A stretch of DNA of 64,000 bases, from NCBI GenBank assembly GCA_005223085.1, contig NJBP01000002.1:2427-66426 (forward strand), given 5' to 3'. The stretch is from Candidatus Aerophobetes bacterium Ae_b3b. GTDB taxonomy: Bacteria; Aerophobota; Aerophobia; Aerophobales; AE-B3A. The notes under the pieces were generated by a model. That model made no database searches. It had not been told where the DNA came from and was given only the letters and a program-made list of their open reading frames with translations. Shown here piece by piece: positions 1 to 9,631 of the stretch; the first letter of the stretch is position 1; every line of letters starts with the position of its first letter. The position numbers and the translations under genes were made by a program.

Positions 1-606
1 GCTACTCTGGTGTGCTCAGGCACCAAATGACCCCCTTCTTTTTTGGTGAAGTATTTATCGTCCTTCCTTGCTGGGTGCTCATCCCGTCGAACAGCCATGA
101 ACAAGGCTTTTATATTATTTTCTTCCACGAACTGATTGAGAACAACTGTTTTCATGAGGTGATTGCCAGCATAAGACTCTGCCTCAAAGGTGAATGAGTC
201 TTCCTCAAATCCAATTCGCTTAAGCTCAGCCTGATTTTGCTCATTTAAATCCTCTACATTGACGAGGCAGCCTAGATGACTTTGACAGCATTTAAGAACA
301 TCAAAATTACAAAGCCACTTAAGATCGACGTTCCATCTTTTTAAGATCCTGATAAGAAAGTCGGTGATTTCAGTAAATGCGTCCCCTTCATCAATGGTGA
401 TAACGTGTGGAAGCTCAATATTATCTTCCAAGCACACCTGACGAATGATCCAGAGATTGGTAGTACTATCTTTTCCTCCGGTCCAAGTAATAGCCGCTTC
501 AGAGGGTCTAAACTTTTCAAATGCTTGCCGGACGATCTTTTTGGACTCGCCAATTTTTTTTTGAATCTCTCTGGTTCTTTCCTCACTAACCTGGTATCCT
601 TTCACC
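1..606 (-). CDS. PAPS reductase / CysD-family PP-loop ATP pyrophosphatase (3' partial, runs off window)
   Basis: Manual minus-strand translation is open from a GTG at 606 (RBS AGGAGG 7 nt upstream) to position 1: VKGYQVSEERTREIQKK...AITWTGGKDSTTNLWIIRQ...LPHVITIDEGDAFTEITDF. The TGGKDS PP-loop and the HVxxDxG block are typical of the PF01507 family. Missing from the ORF track because it is partial. Confidence 0.6.
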
Positions 607-639
607 GGTTTACCTCCTGCAACTTTTCTGTTTTAGTTA

Positions 640-1854
640 CTATTCCTTCCCTAACCATCTTCCTAGTCTTGGTCTCAATATCTCTTTCATCCTGTCTACC
701 TTGGGGGATATTTCAGCTATATTGTTAAGCTCCTGGGGGTCCCGCCGAAGATCATACATCTCCCAGCTATCCGTATTCTCTCTGTATATCACTTTGAACT
801 CTTTGTTCTGGTAGTAGTATATGGGTCTATCGGTCTCCTTCTCGTGGGCGCTTCTTTTATCAATAGCCTCGCCAAAACATCCCCTTTCAGGAAACTCTTC
901 CAGAGGAAGGAGAGAGTGACCTTCAAAACTTTCCTCGCGGTCTAGGCCAAAAAGATTAACGATCGTGGGGGGGACATCAATGCTACTCACCAAGGTATCA
1001 GAAACCCTACCCCTCGTTTGGGTATGATTATAGATTAAAAAAGGCACATTTATGAGTTCGGAGTACATCTTGCCATCATGAGAGAGACCCCCATGTTCAC
1101 CAAACTCATCGCCGTGATCTGAAGTTATAACAATGACTGAACCCTCTAAGAGGTCGATTTTTTTTAATAGCTCAAAGAACTCTTCCACGTAACTGTCTAC
1201 TTGCCGAATATGGACAGAGTAAAGTTTTTTTAGAAGTTCTACCTTTCCTTTGTCGGAGAGATCTCGTTTCAGTAGAGTTTCTTTAAATAAGTTAAACATT
1301 TCACCCCGACTGAGGTCAATGGAAGAATCAACCATATCAATATATTTTTTCTCAGGCATATAGGGCTCATGCAAATCCATATAGTGAAGCCACAAGAAAA
1401 AAGGCTTGTATTTTCCTCCTTTGATATAGGAGGAGAGCCACTCCTTTACCTTTCCGTTAATCTCATCTCCTTTTATATAGGGAACTTCCTCACTCACTTC
1501 ATCTTCTATTGAATCATAAAAAACATCCCAGCACCGGTTCCAGCCAAAATAATCGCTAAGATAGGGATTTGAGTGAAACCCGGCGGTGGTGATTCCAGAT
1601 TTTTGAAGTACTGTAGAAATCAAGGTTTTCTTTGGGGAAAGATACTTCTCTCTTCCGTATTCAAGATAATATGAAGAGGTGAGTATCGCTGGAAATGAGG
1701 CCTGAGTGTATGGTCCTGTAGCCTGCATATTAGTAAATCTAATGCAGCTTCCCTGAAGAGAGTCAATAAAGGGAGTTAAGTTACTTTTGCTGTCATAGCA
1801 TCCTAGCACATCTTTTCTAAGGGTATCTATGGTAAGTAGAATAACATTTTTCAT
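640..1854 (-). CDS. sulfatase-fold (AlkP superfamily) hydrolase, Thr variant lacking C/S-x-P-x-R
   Basis: N-terminal LLTIDTLRKDVLGCYDS and IRFTN...TGPYTQASFPAILTS align to the sulfatase signature block. The FGly position reads T-Q-A-S-F, so both Cys and the Pro/Arg are lost. Confidence 0.7.
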   Translation of the reverse strand: MKNVILLTIDTLRKDVLGCYDSKSNLTPFIDSLQGSCIRFTNMQATGPYTQASFPAILTSSYYLEYGREKYLSPKKTLISTVLQKSGITTAGFHSNPYLSDYFGWNRCWDVFYDSIEDEVSEEVPYIKGDEINGKVKEWLSSYIKGGKYKPFFLWLHYMDLHEPYMPEKKYIDMVDSSIDLSRGEMFNLFKETLLKRDLSDKGKVELLKKLYSVHIRQVDSYVEEFFELLKKIDLLEGSVIVITSDHGDEFGEHGGLSHDGKMYSELINVPFLIYNHTQTRGRVSDTLVSSIDVPPTIVNLFGLDREESFEGHSLLPLEEFPERGCFGEAIDKRSAHEKETDRPIYYYQNKEFKVIYRENTDSWEMYDLRRDPQELNNIAEISPKVDRMKEILRPRLGRWLGKE

Positions 1855-1931
1855 TTTGCGTTCCTATTTGCTCTTCTTTTTATACTTTAACCTCTAGGTC
1901 TATCTGCAAGGTATCAATTTTTGGCTAATTA

Positions 1932-3191
1932 TTACCACAATGCTGGGAGTTTAAAAACAGGTTTTCTTTCAGCCAGATATTTCTCGGTACAAAAAGGAGA
2001 GCCAAAACCGTACTTTTCAGCGCTCTCCATTAACTTATCATATATCTCCGGTCTGAAGATAAGCTTGGTGGGCTTCACCTTATCCTCTATCATACTTCTA
2101 ATTAATGTACCGCTGAATTTTTGTCTTTCCTGGCTATGACCACAGAGACCCGAGTAAGTGACTTCCCCACATATTGGGCAGTACCACCATTCAAGCACCC
2201 GTACTGGCTTAATTTTCAATTTATGTTGGGGGATCTGGTCGAATATGCGGTGAGCATCATAGGAGCCATAGTAGCTACCTACTCCAGCATGGTCTCGACC
2301 AAACATGTGATGAGTGCATCCTAAGTTCGTCCGCAGAATGGCGTGGAAAATAGCCTCTCTTGGCCCTGCGTAGCGCATATCCCACAGAGCAATGGTCACC
2401 ATATGAATATCATCTCTGAAGTACCTTGCCTCACAAAGTCGCTGATGACACAAAACAATGGCCTCATCTATATAATCACCGGTTCGCTTAGGTCCAATTA
2501 TACAGTTTACCAGGATCCCTGTCTTTAGCTTCTCTACGGGAAGTTCTCCATTTGCAGAAAACCAAGCTCCCTTCATTAACCATTCATGCCCACTATGCGG
2601 CACATTCCTGGTTTGATGGGCTACTACTCTTTCCCAACCGTTTTCAACTATTCTCTTTCGCAGTTGCCTTGGCGTATACCAGAATCTATCAAAAGGGGGC
2701 TGGAACTCGGGGGGGTTCACCAAAGCAATCTTCCCCCCTAAGAAAGTATTCTCCAATCCCCTAAGCATTCTTACTCCAGGGTGTCTCTCATCGGTTGTTC
2801 CCAGCACAGCCTCTGCTATTTTCGTTTTATTGAGTCTGAAAATATCTTCCACTTCCATCATCGCCAATGAAGAGGCAGTGTAAGTAAGGAGAATGGAATC
2901 TCCTTTCTTAATTTTCTTTGTTCTGATTTCCTCCTCTTTCACATCGAGAACAATGGGGATAGGCCAGAGCGTGCCGTCAGCCAAGGTCATCCTTTCGCAT
3001 ACCGCATCAACCTCTTCCTTACCCATAAAACCCTCTAGGGGGGTAAAAAAACCGTAGGCGATGTTGATGCATTCTCTCGCACATCGTCCACTGACGGGAA
3101 TTTGCTTCAACTTTCTAATCTTTTCTGTTACTTCAGACTCGGGTATCACCCTTTCTCTAATCTCGCGGTTACCATGCCCCTCATAGTTCAT
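1932..3191 (-). CDS. sat: sulfate adenylyltransferase (ATP sulfurylase), Zn-ribbon-containing type
   Basis: QTRN(VPHSGHE) and GRDHAG motifs, PUA-like N-terminus (FTPLEGFM, LADGTLWPIPI). C-terminal CPICGEV-x8-CGH resembles the Cys3His zinc site described for Thermus Sat. Confidence 0.9.
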   Translation of the reverse strand: MNYEGHGNREIRERVIPESEVTEKIRKLKQIPVSGRCARECINIAYGFFTPLEGFMGKEEVDAVCERMTLADGTLWPIPIVLDVKEEEIRTKKIKKGDSILLTYTASSLAMMEVEDIFRLNKTKIAEAVLGTTDERHPGVRMLRGLENTFLGGKIALVNPPEFQPPFDRFWYTPRQLRKRIVENGWERVVAHQTRNVPHSGHEWLMKGAWFSANGELPVEKLKTGILVNCIIGPKRTGDYIDEAIVLCHQRLCEARYFRDDIHMVTIALWDMRYAGPREAIFHAILRTNLGCTHHMFGRDHAGVGSYYGSYDAHRIFDQIPQHKLKIKPVRVLEWWYCPICGEVTYSGLCGHSQERQKFSGTLIRSMIEDKVKPTKLIFRPEIYDKLMESAEKYGFGSPFCTEKYLAERKPVFKLPALW

Positions 3192-3266
3192 AGTTTAATC
3201 CTTCCCTCAAAAGGGTGTCGTCTTCGTTCAGATCGACTACCCCCTGTTTTTCTCTACTCTTTATGT

Positions 3267-4355
3267 TTAAGTAAATTTGCCCTTCATATCCTGTAGGCCT
3301 TCATGTTCCGGACCATATCGGTATGCTCTGGGGATAATTCTGTTATGTCCATAAACCGGATCGGACGAGGCAGAGAAGGGATTAACGAATTCCCAAACGA
3401 TCCGTCCTGATTTCATTACCTCAAAGATTCGTCCTGTCGCTGCCTCGCATATCAAAGTATTATCATTGGGTAGCCTCTGACAACTAGACATGTAGGCACT
3501 ATAAAAAGCCATCCAAGGGTCATCCTTATATTCCCACACCATTTTATTGGTAGCGGGATTTACCTCCAAAACGCGAGAGTACCCTTCAGAAATATGGACA
3601 CAGTGCGTCCCATTATCAAATAACAGAATGTTCCCATTTTCGAGGATGGTAGCACTATTTTGATGACCTAGCTCTCCTCCCGAACCCCACCGCCATTTGA
3701 TATCTCCTGTAGATTTGCTGATGATACATATACTATTAAGTCGGGCGAAGCTAGCTAAGATATCCCCATTGGATAGGATGGCAAATGAATTAGCCTCGGT
3801 CCACTGGCTACGGGGACATAAGGAACAAATAATGTCCTTTTCTGGATCTAAGTGCTCGTATGCCAACCACTTCCAGACTATCTTACCACGCGGATTAACC
3901 TCTTGAAAAGAGTCACCCCACATAATTCCTTCCTTTTCAGTACCTAGTATACCGCCTTTGACTTTTGCAGCAATATCCTTGGGTACCTGAACCCATCTAA
4001 GTACCATAGTATTTCCATTGAACAGGCGGCAAAAACTATGGTGCAAATACCGGTCCTGGTAATTCCATACCACATTACCATTCCAATCTACTTCAAGTAA
4101 CTCTCCCCCGGCACCCTTAAAACTAGCCAACGGTCCGTTTTCTAGCTGCCCGGCATAAAGCAGATTGCCACTATTCAAAAGCACCCCGTACAACGCTGGT
4201 GGATATGGTACCTTCCATTGATGAACGACCCGTCCCTTCATATCAATTAACATCGTTTCCCTTATTCCCAAAGGAGTAAATAAGGTATACCCATTGTAAG
4301 CATTTGAATGAACATAGTGGGTAACCCCTTTCAAATTGGTTCGTGCAATGCCCAT
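3267..4355 (-). CDS. arylsulfotransferase (ASST)-like beta-propeller protein
   Basis: Repeated NGN/DNG blade motifs (ENGNILLFDNGTH, LSNGDIL, LPNDNTLICE) and an HH(S/D)F block. Start moved to MGIARTNLKG (RBS AGGAGG 7 nt upstream) by comparison with the paralog; the ORF-track N-terminus is an extension. Confidence 0.5.
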   Translation of the reverse strand: MGIARTNLKGVTHYVHSNAYNGYTLFTPLGIRETMLIDMKGRVVHQWKVPYPPALYGVLLNSGNLLYAGQLENGPLASFKGAGGELLEVDWNGNVVWNYQDRYLHHSFCRLFNGNTMVLRWVQVPKDIAAKVKGGILGTEKEGIMWGDSFQEVNPRGKIVWKWLAYEHLDPEKDIICSLCPRSQWTEANSFAILSNGDILASFARLNSICIISKSTGDIKWRWGSGGELGHQNSATILENGNILLFDNGTHCVHISEGYSRVLEVNPATNKMVWEYKDDPWMAFYSAYMSSCQRLPNDNTLICEAATGRIFEVMKSGRIVWEFVNPFSASSDPVYGHNRIIPRAYRYGPEHEGLQDMKGKFT

Positions 4356-4385
4356 TGGATCTCCTCCTTGCCCCATTAAAAATAT

Positions 4386-5558
4386 CTACGTAGCATCAGG
4401 TCCATATATTCCATTTAACCACTCAAATTTGTCAGGATCTAAGTTCTTTCCTATTAGCCCCTCATGTTCATGTCCGTAGCGGTAAGCTCGATAGATTAGG
4501 TTAGCCTGACCGTAAACCACAAAGGGGCCATAAAAGGGACTGATATACTCCCAAACTATCTCACAATCAGGAGTCGCCTCGAAAATACGACCTCCATGAG
4601 TCTCACATATCAAAGTATTCCCGTTTGACAGACGCTGGGCCCCCCCCATACCAAAGGCATAGAACTCCGACGGAGGGTCATCCTTATATTCCCACTCAAT
4701 TTTATTAGTAGCTGGATTAACCTCCAATACTCTAGAATAGTAATCCAGATCTTGGGTGAAAAAACGATGCGCTCCATTATCAAAGACTAAAATATTCCCA
4801 TTATCCAGCATAGTAGGCTCATGCTGGTGTCCCAATTCCTCGGGACCCCACCTCCAGGTGATCTTTCCCGTAGCTTTATCAATAATACAGATGGTATTAG
4901 TCTGGCGAAATGAGCCTAAGATATTTCCATCTGGTAGCACAGTACAACCATTCATATGAGTCCATTCTCCTCGATACTCCAGAGGGCAAATGACATCTAT
5001 CTCCGGATCTAGGTGTTCGTACGATAGCCACTCCCACACTACTTTACCCTCAGGAGTAACCTCATTAAGGGCATCAGCCCACATAACCCCCCCGCTCAAC
5101 TCTGTACCCGGGATACCACCTTTGACCTTACTTTTAATGTCATCAGGCACAGTTACGTATTTTATAAGCATAGTATTTCCATTTTCCATGCGGTAAAAGT
5201 CGTGATTAAATTGTGGTTCTTCGTACTTCAATACCAGATTATTATCCCAATCTACCTCTATTAAACACACGCCTCTATCTTGCTCATTTTGCTCGCAATC
5301 CTCACCAAAGAGGTAGGCAACCCCCGGTCCCATTATGCCCCCCGACTTAACACCTTGATAAACCAGATTACCATTAGTCAAAAACCGTGCAAAATTTGGT
5401 TTATACGGTTCTGTAGACCAATGGTGCACAATTCTACCCTGCATGTCGATCAGCCACGCATCATTGCCAAACATAGGCGTAAACAAAGTATACCCTTTAT
5501 ATGCCTTTGAAGGAACATAGTGGGTAACCCCCTTCAAACTGGTTCGTGCAATACCCAT
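4386..5558 (-). CDS. arylsulfotransferase (ASST)-like beta-propeller protein, tandem paralog
   Basis: Paralog of 3267-4355 (MGIARTSLKGVTHYV..., LDNGNILVFDNGAHR, NHDF). Start set at MGIART with RBS GGAGG upstream. Confidence 0.5.
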   Translation of the reverse strand: MGIARTSLKGVTHYVPSKAYKGYTLFTPMFGNDAWLIDMQGRIVHHWSTEPYKPNFARFLTNGNLVYQGVKSGGIMGPGVAYLFGEDCEQNEQDRGVCLIEVDWDNNLVLKYEEPQFNHDFYRMENGNTMLIKYVTVPDDIKSKVKGGIPGTELSGGVMWADALNEVTPEGKVVWEWLSYEHLDPEIDVICPLEYRGEWTHMNGCTVLPDGNILGSFRQTNTICIIDKATGKITWRWGPEELGHQHEPTMLDNGNILVFDNGAHRFFTQDLDYYSRVLEVNPATNKIEWEYKDDPPSEFYAFGMGGAQRLSNGNTLICETHGGRIFEATPDCEIVWEYISPFYGPFVVYGQANLIYRAYRYGHEHEGLIGKNLDPDKFEWLNGIYGPDAT

Positions 5559-5728
5559 TGGATTTCCTCCCTTCGTCAACCTGATTAAGAATCTTCTCGT
5601 ACCTCGTGTTACGACCAACACAAACTAGACACAGCCTTGACATAGGCTGTTGACATATCCTATCTCCTCCTTAAAAAGCCTCTTTTATGAGAAAGGGGAT
5701 TATTCTTGATTCCGCCTGATACTAAATT

Positions 5729-7204
5729 TCAATAACCTAAAAACTTGAGCCGAGAAGCTACTTTCTTGTCAGTCTCTTCGGGAGATGGCATTACCTCTTT
5801 TTTTACCATAGGTAGAATGGATGGCCTTTCCATATTTCTTGGGGTTGGTATGTCAAGAACATCCAGAACAGTCGGAGCAATGTTAAGTAATGATACTCCC
5901 TTAAGTTCCTTTCCCTCTGGGATACCTGGCCCAGTGATAACAAAGTAGCCACATAAACCATATGCCACGTCATGACAGTCTTTTGCAGTATCAAATGAAT
6001 ATATTCTCTCTTGGTCATGACCTACTAGCTCACTGGTACCTAATCGGCCTTCATCAAAGTCCACCAACAGGTCCGGACCGTAGCTTACGTAAGGACCAAA
6101 ACAAATATCACCGGGCTGCCACACCTGAGTGTTTAGAGGTTTTCCACCCTTATCGGGAATATCCTTTAGCTTAGCGGTCAATTCACCCAAGAATTTATCA
6201 TAGTCCTTGGGGTCAACAATTCCTTGCGGTTCCCTTCCCTTCATATTGAGGTATAACTTACCAGTATAACCCGTACTCCAGCATTTTGTCCTAGACCAGT
6301 CCACCTTAACATCCTTGAATGAGGTCGGCCTCTGTGGTTGCTCAAAGAGGCTCATATATCCCTCTTTCATTAGCCACTCATCAAGATTGATCCGTCCCTG
6401 AAGTTCTTTGGCACTATAGCCACTATAAATGAATAGTACGGTCTCTTTAGGTACGTTCTGATAGAGTTCTCCAATATTCTTATCAATCCAAAGGTAGTAA
6501 TCATGCAAAGCTCCTTCATAATGAGGATCAGGAGTGTACTGTCTATTTTGCGAATTAAAACCACCATAGAAAAGACTCAGCATCCGAGTACATCCCATTA
6601 CTGCCGTCATAACACAGTCACAATTTTTTTCATTAATAAAATACTTTGTCAATACGAAACGCTGCGAATCCATTTCGTAGATTTTTTGGAGCACCCGGCC
6701 CTTATCTACCTCCTTACCACCCACATCGGCCTCCGTCAGGTCAATAATATATTTCCCGACTAATTCATAAACCTCATCTTTAAGATTCTCGGGATAGGTA
6801 AAGCTAAGATCGAGGTTCGGAGTTATCAATCCAGAAATAACATAGCCTGCGGGAATTTTGGGAGAGGGCCAAGTAGCCGGGACATTAATCATCGCTACTC
6901 TCTGCATCTTTTTAGGAAGGATTGTGTATAGTAGATCAACCCTTCTTGTGACTTCGGAACTAACCACTTTTTTCTCACCATAAGAGAAATCATCCCTATA
7001 GGTAAAATCCCAGATTCCATAGGCTCCAGGGTTCCGACCAGATTGAGTGGATATCCACACTTGAGGGAGAGCCGGAGGAATTGCACTTTCTAAAACTCCC
7101 CAAATTCCCCTCTTCTGCATTTTCATCAAGTTAGGCAGCTCGTCCGCCCACTGCCTAAGAAACTCGGGACATAATCCATCTAAGCCCAGCAATACTACTC
7201 TTGC
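5729..7204 (-). CDS. AlkP-superfamily type I phosphodiesterase / nucleotide pyrophosphatase-like protein
   Basis: MARVVLLGLDGLCPEFL N-terminus (metal-ligand Asp block) and paralogy to 18279-20213. Start set at MARVV (RBS AGGAGG). The residue aligned to the NPP Thr nucleophile appears substituted (..PPALPQVW..). Confidence 0.55.
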   Translation of the reverse strand, partial: ARVVLLGLDGLCPEFLRQWADELPNLMKMQKRGIWGVLESAIPPALPQVWISTQSGRNPGAYGIWDFTYRDDFSYGEKKVVSSEVTRRVDLLYTILPKKMQRVAMINVPATWPSPKIPAGYVISGLITPNLDLSFTYPENLKDEVYELVGKYIIDLTEADVGGKEVDKGRVLQKIYEMDSQRFVLTKYFINEKNCDCVMTAVMGCTRMLSLFYGGFNSQNRQYTPDPHYEGALHDYYLWIDKNIGELYQNVPKETVLFIYSGYSAKELQGRINLDEWLMKEGYMSLFEQPQRPTSFKDVKVDWSRTKCWSTGYTGKLYLNMKGREPQGIVDPKDYDKFLGELTAKLKDIPDKGGKPLNTQVWQPGDICFGPYVSYGPDLLVDFDEGRLGTSELVGHDQERIYSFDTAKDCHDVAYGLCGYFVITGPGIPEGKELKGVSLLNIAPTVLDVLDIPTPRNMERPSILPMVKKEVMPSPEETDKKVASRLKFLGY

Positions 7205-7548
7205 CATAGACAGGCCTCCTAATTTCAGTAAGTCAGGAAGAGAAGTGCAACTTAAGGAAAAATTACTAAGCAGTCCTTCTCTCGTCTGAAGCATATTCGT
7301 AACTTTATTTTTACGAAAAAACCCTCGATCCCTGATTTCTCTAACAAAACTTTCACTCTCGCAGCATTGCCGAGCTTTTCCATATTCCTGTCGGTTATCA
7401 GTAAGGGCTTCTCACCAAATTCGATTGCTTCACTTCCCACTCTCCCAGTTCCAGTTGCTCTTCTTAATATTGATATTTGAAATATCTTTAAATTACTTCT
7501 GCTGTAGCCTTATCTTCGAGTTTACGAGTAAAGTGTCCATTACATCTT

Positions 7549-8373
7549 TTATATCTTTACGGCCCCCGCGGTAAGCCCTCTTACAAAATACTTCTGCAAT
7601 AAGAAAAAACCAATAATTAAGGGAAAACACACTATTACATCTATGGCCATAAGATCATTCCAAAATATATTATATTGACCTAACTTGGCACCTATAACTA
7701 CAGTTAGCATCCGTCGATTAGCAGAAGTAGTGAGTACAAGTGCAAATATATATTGGTTCCACGCAACCAAAAAGCCAAATAAAGCCGTAGCTATCATTCC
7801 AGGAAAAGATAATGGCAGAATTATTCGGAGAAAGGCTCCCAATCTTGAGCATCCGTCGATTAGCGCAGCATCATCCAGATCTACAGGTATATTGACAAAA
7901 AATCCTCTGAGTATAAGTGCACAAAAAGGTAAAGTAAATGTAAGATAGGTTAGCATGAGACCAGGATAGGTATCGTAAAGTCCAGTTCTCTTTAATATAA
8001 GATAATAGGGAAGGATTAAAAGAACAGGGGGTATCATCTGTGTGGAAAGCATATAGATAATAAATGTATTTTTACCCTTAAATTCGAATCGAGAAAGCCC
8101 GTATCCTGCCACTGCTGCTAAGAACACAGAAACTAATGCTACGGAAATGGAAACTATCACGCTATTAATAACAGCCTGCAGGAATGCCGGATCACTCAAT
8201 ACCCTTTCGAAAGCTCCGAAGGTTATCTTTTCTGGTACCCAACGAGGAGGAATGGTGAAGACTTCCTGCGCTTCCCTTACAGAAATTGTGCACATCCAAA
8301 ATATAGGAAATACTATAATTATAACTACTACAATACAACAGGTAAACCATACATATTTCTTAATATTCGTCAT
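7549..8373 (-). CDS. carbohydrate ABC transporter permease (MalG-like)
   Basis: Six TM segments and the EAA-loop region (DAALIDGCSRLGAFLRIILP). Confidence 0.85.
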   Translation of the reverse strand: MTNIKKYVWFTCCIVVVIIIVFPIFWMCTISVREAQEVFTIPPRWVPEKITFGAFERVLSDPAFLQAVINSVIVSISVALVSVFLAAVAGYGLSRFEFKGKNTFIIYMLSTQMIPPVLLILPYYLILKRTGLYDTYPGLMLTYLTFTLPFCALILRGFFVNIPVDLDDAALIDGCSRLGAFLRIILPLSFPGMIATALFGFLVAWNQYIFALVLTTSANRRMLTVVIGAKLGQYNIFWNDLMAIDVIVCFPLIIGFFLLQKYFVRGLTAGAVKI

Positions 8374-8403
8374 CTAGGCCACTTATCTTGCCAAATTTAA
8401 AAC

Positions 8404-9288
8404 TCATTTTATTTCCCTGGGAACAGAAAGCTTTATGTAAACAATAGCAAAAGCAAGAGTAAACAAAAATGTCAATATTCCTTGTGCTGCGGCTCTTCCG
8501 AATCTTAAATCCTCAAAGGCAGTATAATAAATAAGCAAAGGTAAGTTTCGGGTAGCACCCGCGGGACCTCCCCCTGTAGTGAGGAAAATCAAGTCGAATT
8601 GTTTGAAAGACCAGATTGTATCTACCATACCCAAGGTAAGCAGACTGGGAACAATATAAGGTAAGGTAATATAGAAAAATTGCGTAACTTTACCTGCCCC
8701 ATCTATACTAGCTGCTTCGTAAAGTCGCTGAGGTATACTTTCCATCGAGGCTAAAATAATAACTACAAAAAAAGGCAAGATTCTCCACACATACAATACT
8801 ATTACTGATGGAAGGGTTAATTTATTATCTCCTAACCATATCCAAGGGTTCTTTAACAAACCAAGAGTCATAAGAATGCTATTGACAGCTCCAAAAGGAT
8901 GAAAAATAACGAGCCAAATAGAAGCAGCTACTGCCCCGGCTAAAAGCCAAGGTACTATGATAACAGCGCGAAAAATTCTTCTTATTCTTTCGAATCCCGC
9001 AAACCGCTGATTAAGTAATAGTGCTATGCTTACTCCTAAAACTAAATGTAAAAATACTGCACTTCCACTAAATACAATAGTTATTAGAAAGGAATTCCAA
9101 AATTCAGGTGTTTGTAAGATTTGTAAATAATTGGAAAACCCAATGAAACTCTGTGTTTCCTCAGGTAGATAGTATCTGCGAAATCCCAATAAAAGAACAT
9201 AACCAAGAGGTATAGTAGTGATCGCCACGAGGCACGCACCTACAGGAAATACGCTTATCCAACCCGTTGTTTTAGAGCTTAGTTTCAT
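8404..9288 (-). CDS. carbohydrate ABC transporter permease (MalF-like)
   Basis: EAASIDGAGKVTQFFYITLP EAA motif and multi-TM profile. Confidence 0.85.
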   Translation of the reverse strand: MKLSSKTTGWISVFPVGACLVAITTIPLGYVLLLGFRRYYLPEETQSFIGFSNYLQILQTPEFWNSFLITIVFSGSAVFLHLVLGVSIALLLNQRFAGFERIRRIFRAVIIVPWLLAGAVAASIWLVIFHPFGAVNSILMTLGLLKNPWIWLGDNKLTLPSVIVLYVWRILPFFVVIILASMESIPQRLYEAASIDGAGKVTQFFYITLPYIVPSLLTLGMVDTIWSFKQFDLIFLTTGGGPAGATRNLPLLIYYTAFEDLRFGRAAAQGILTFLFTLAFAIVYIKLSVPREIK

Positions 9289-9540
9289 TTTTTAGCTCTT
9301 TTCCAAAAATAGTTTGCACTTAATTCGTCGATGGGAGCTATGATTTTCTCACCACTATATTCTATTGCATATCTAACAAGAAGAGGTATTTGCAGTACAT
9401 CGGGAGCAGTACCAGCATTTACAGCCACTAATATCTTCTCCTCGTATCTCGGGCCACTAACTCCTATAGTATTTAAAATCTTCTTATGTTGAGCGTTTCC
9501 CTCTACCGAGCAAAGAAAAACTCTTCCCCCGTTTGATTTT
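9283..9540 (-). pseudogene. remnant of an extracellular solute-binding protein gene (fragment, no proper start)
   Basis: Minus-strand frame reads ...KILVAVNAGTAPDVLQIPLLVRYAIEYSGEKIIAPIDELSANYFWKRAKK*. It resembles the AGxxPDV block of the neighbouring SBP (MWQAGRLPDVLAVNRNWLWEF...EPLDPY). It is bounded upstream by an in-frame TAA, and its stop overlaps the permease ATG (ATGA). Confidence 0.35.
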
Positions 9541-9631
9541 TAGCAAGCCTGATATCATCCACTTTATCCAGCGCCTCTCGAGCTATCGCTCAAAATGAAC
9601 CTGCTTCATTCCTCACTTATAGTACAGAGGC

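Noticed and set aside
405-728. Plus-strand ORFs (12-197, 405-728) and the 341-586 minus ORF in the track
   Set aside because: They overlap, in wrong frames or strands, the clearly conserved PP-loop (TGGKDS) reading frame on the minus strand. No family signatures of their own.
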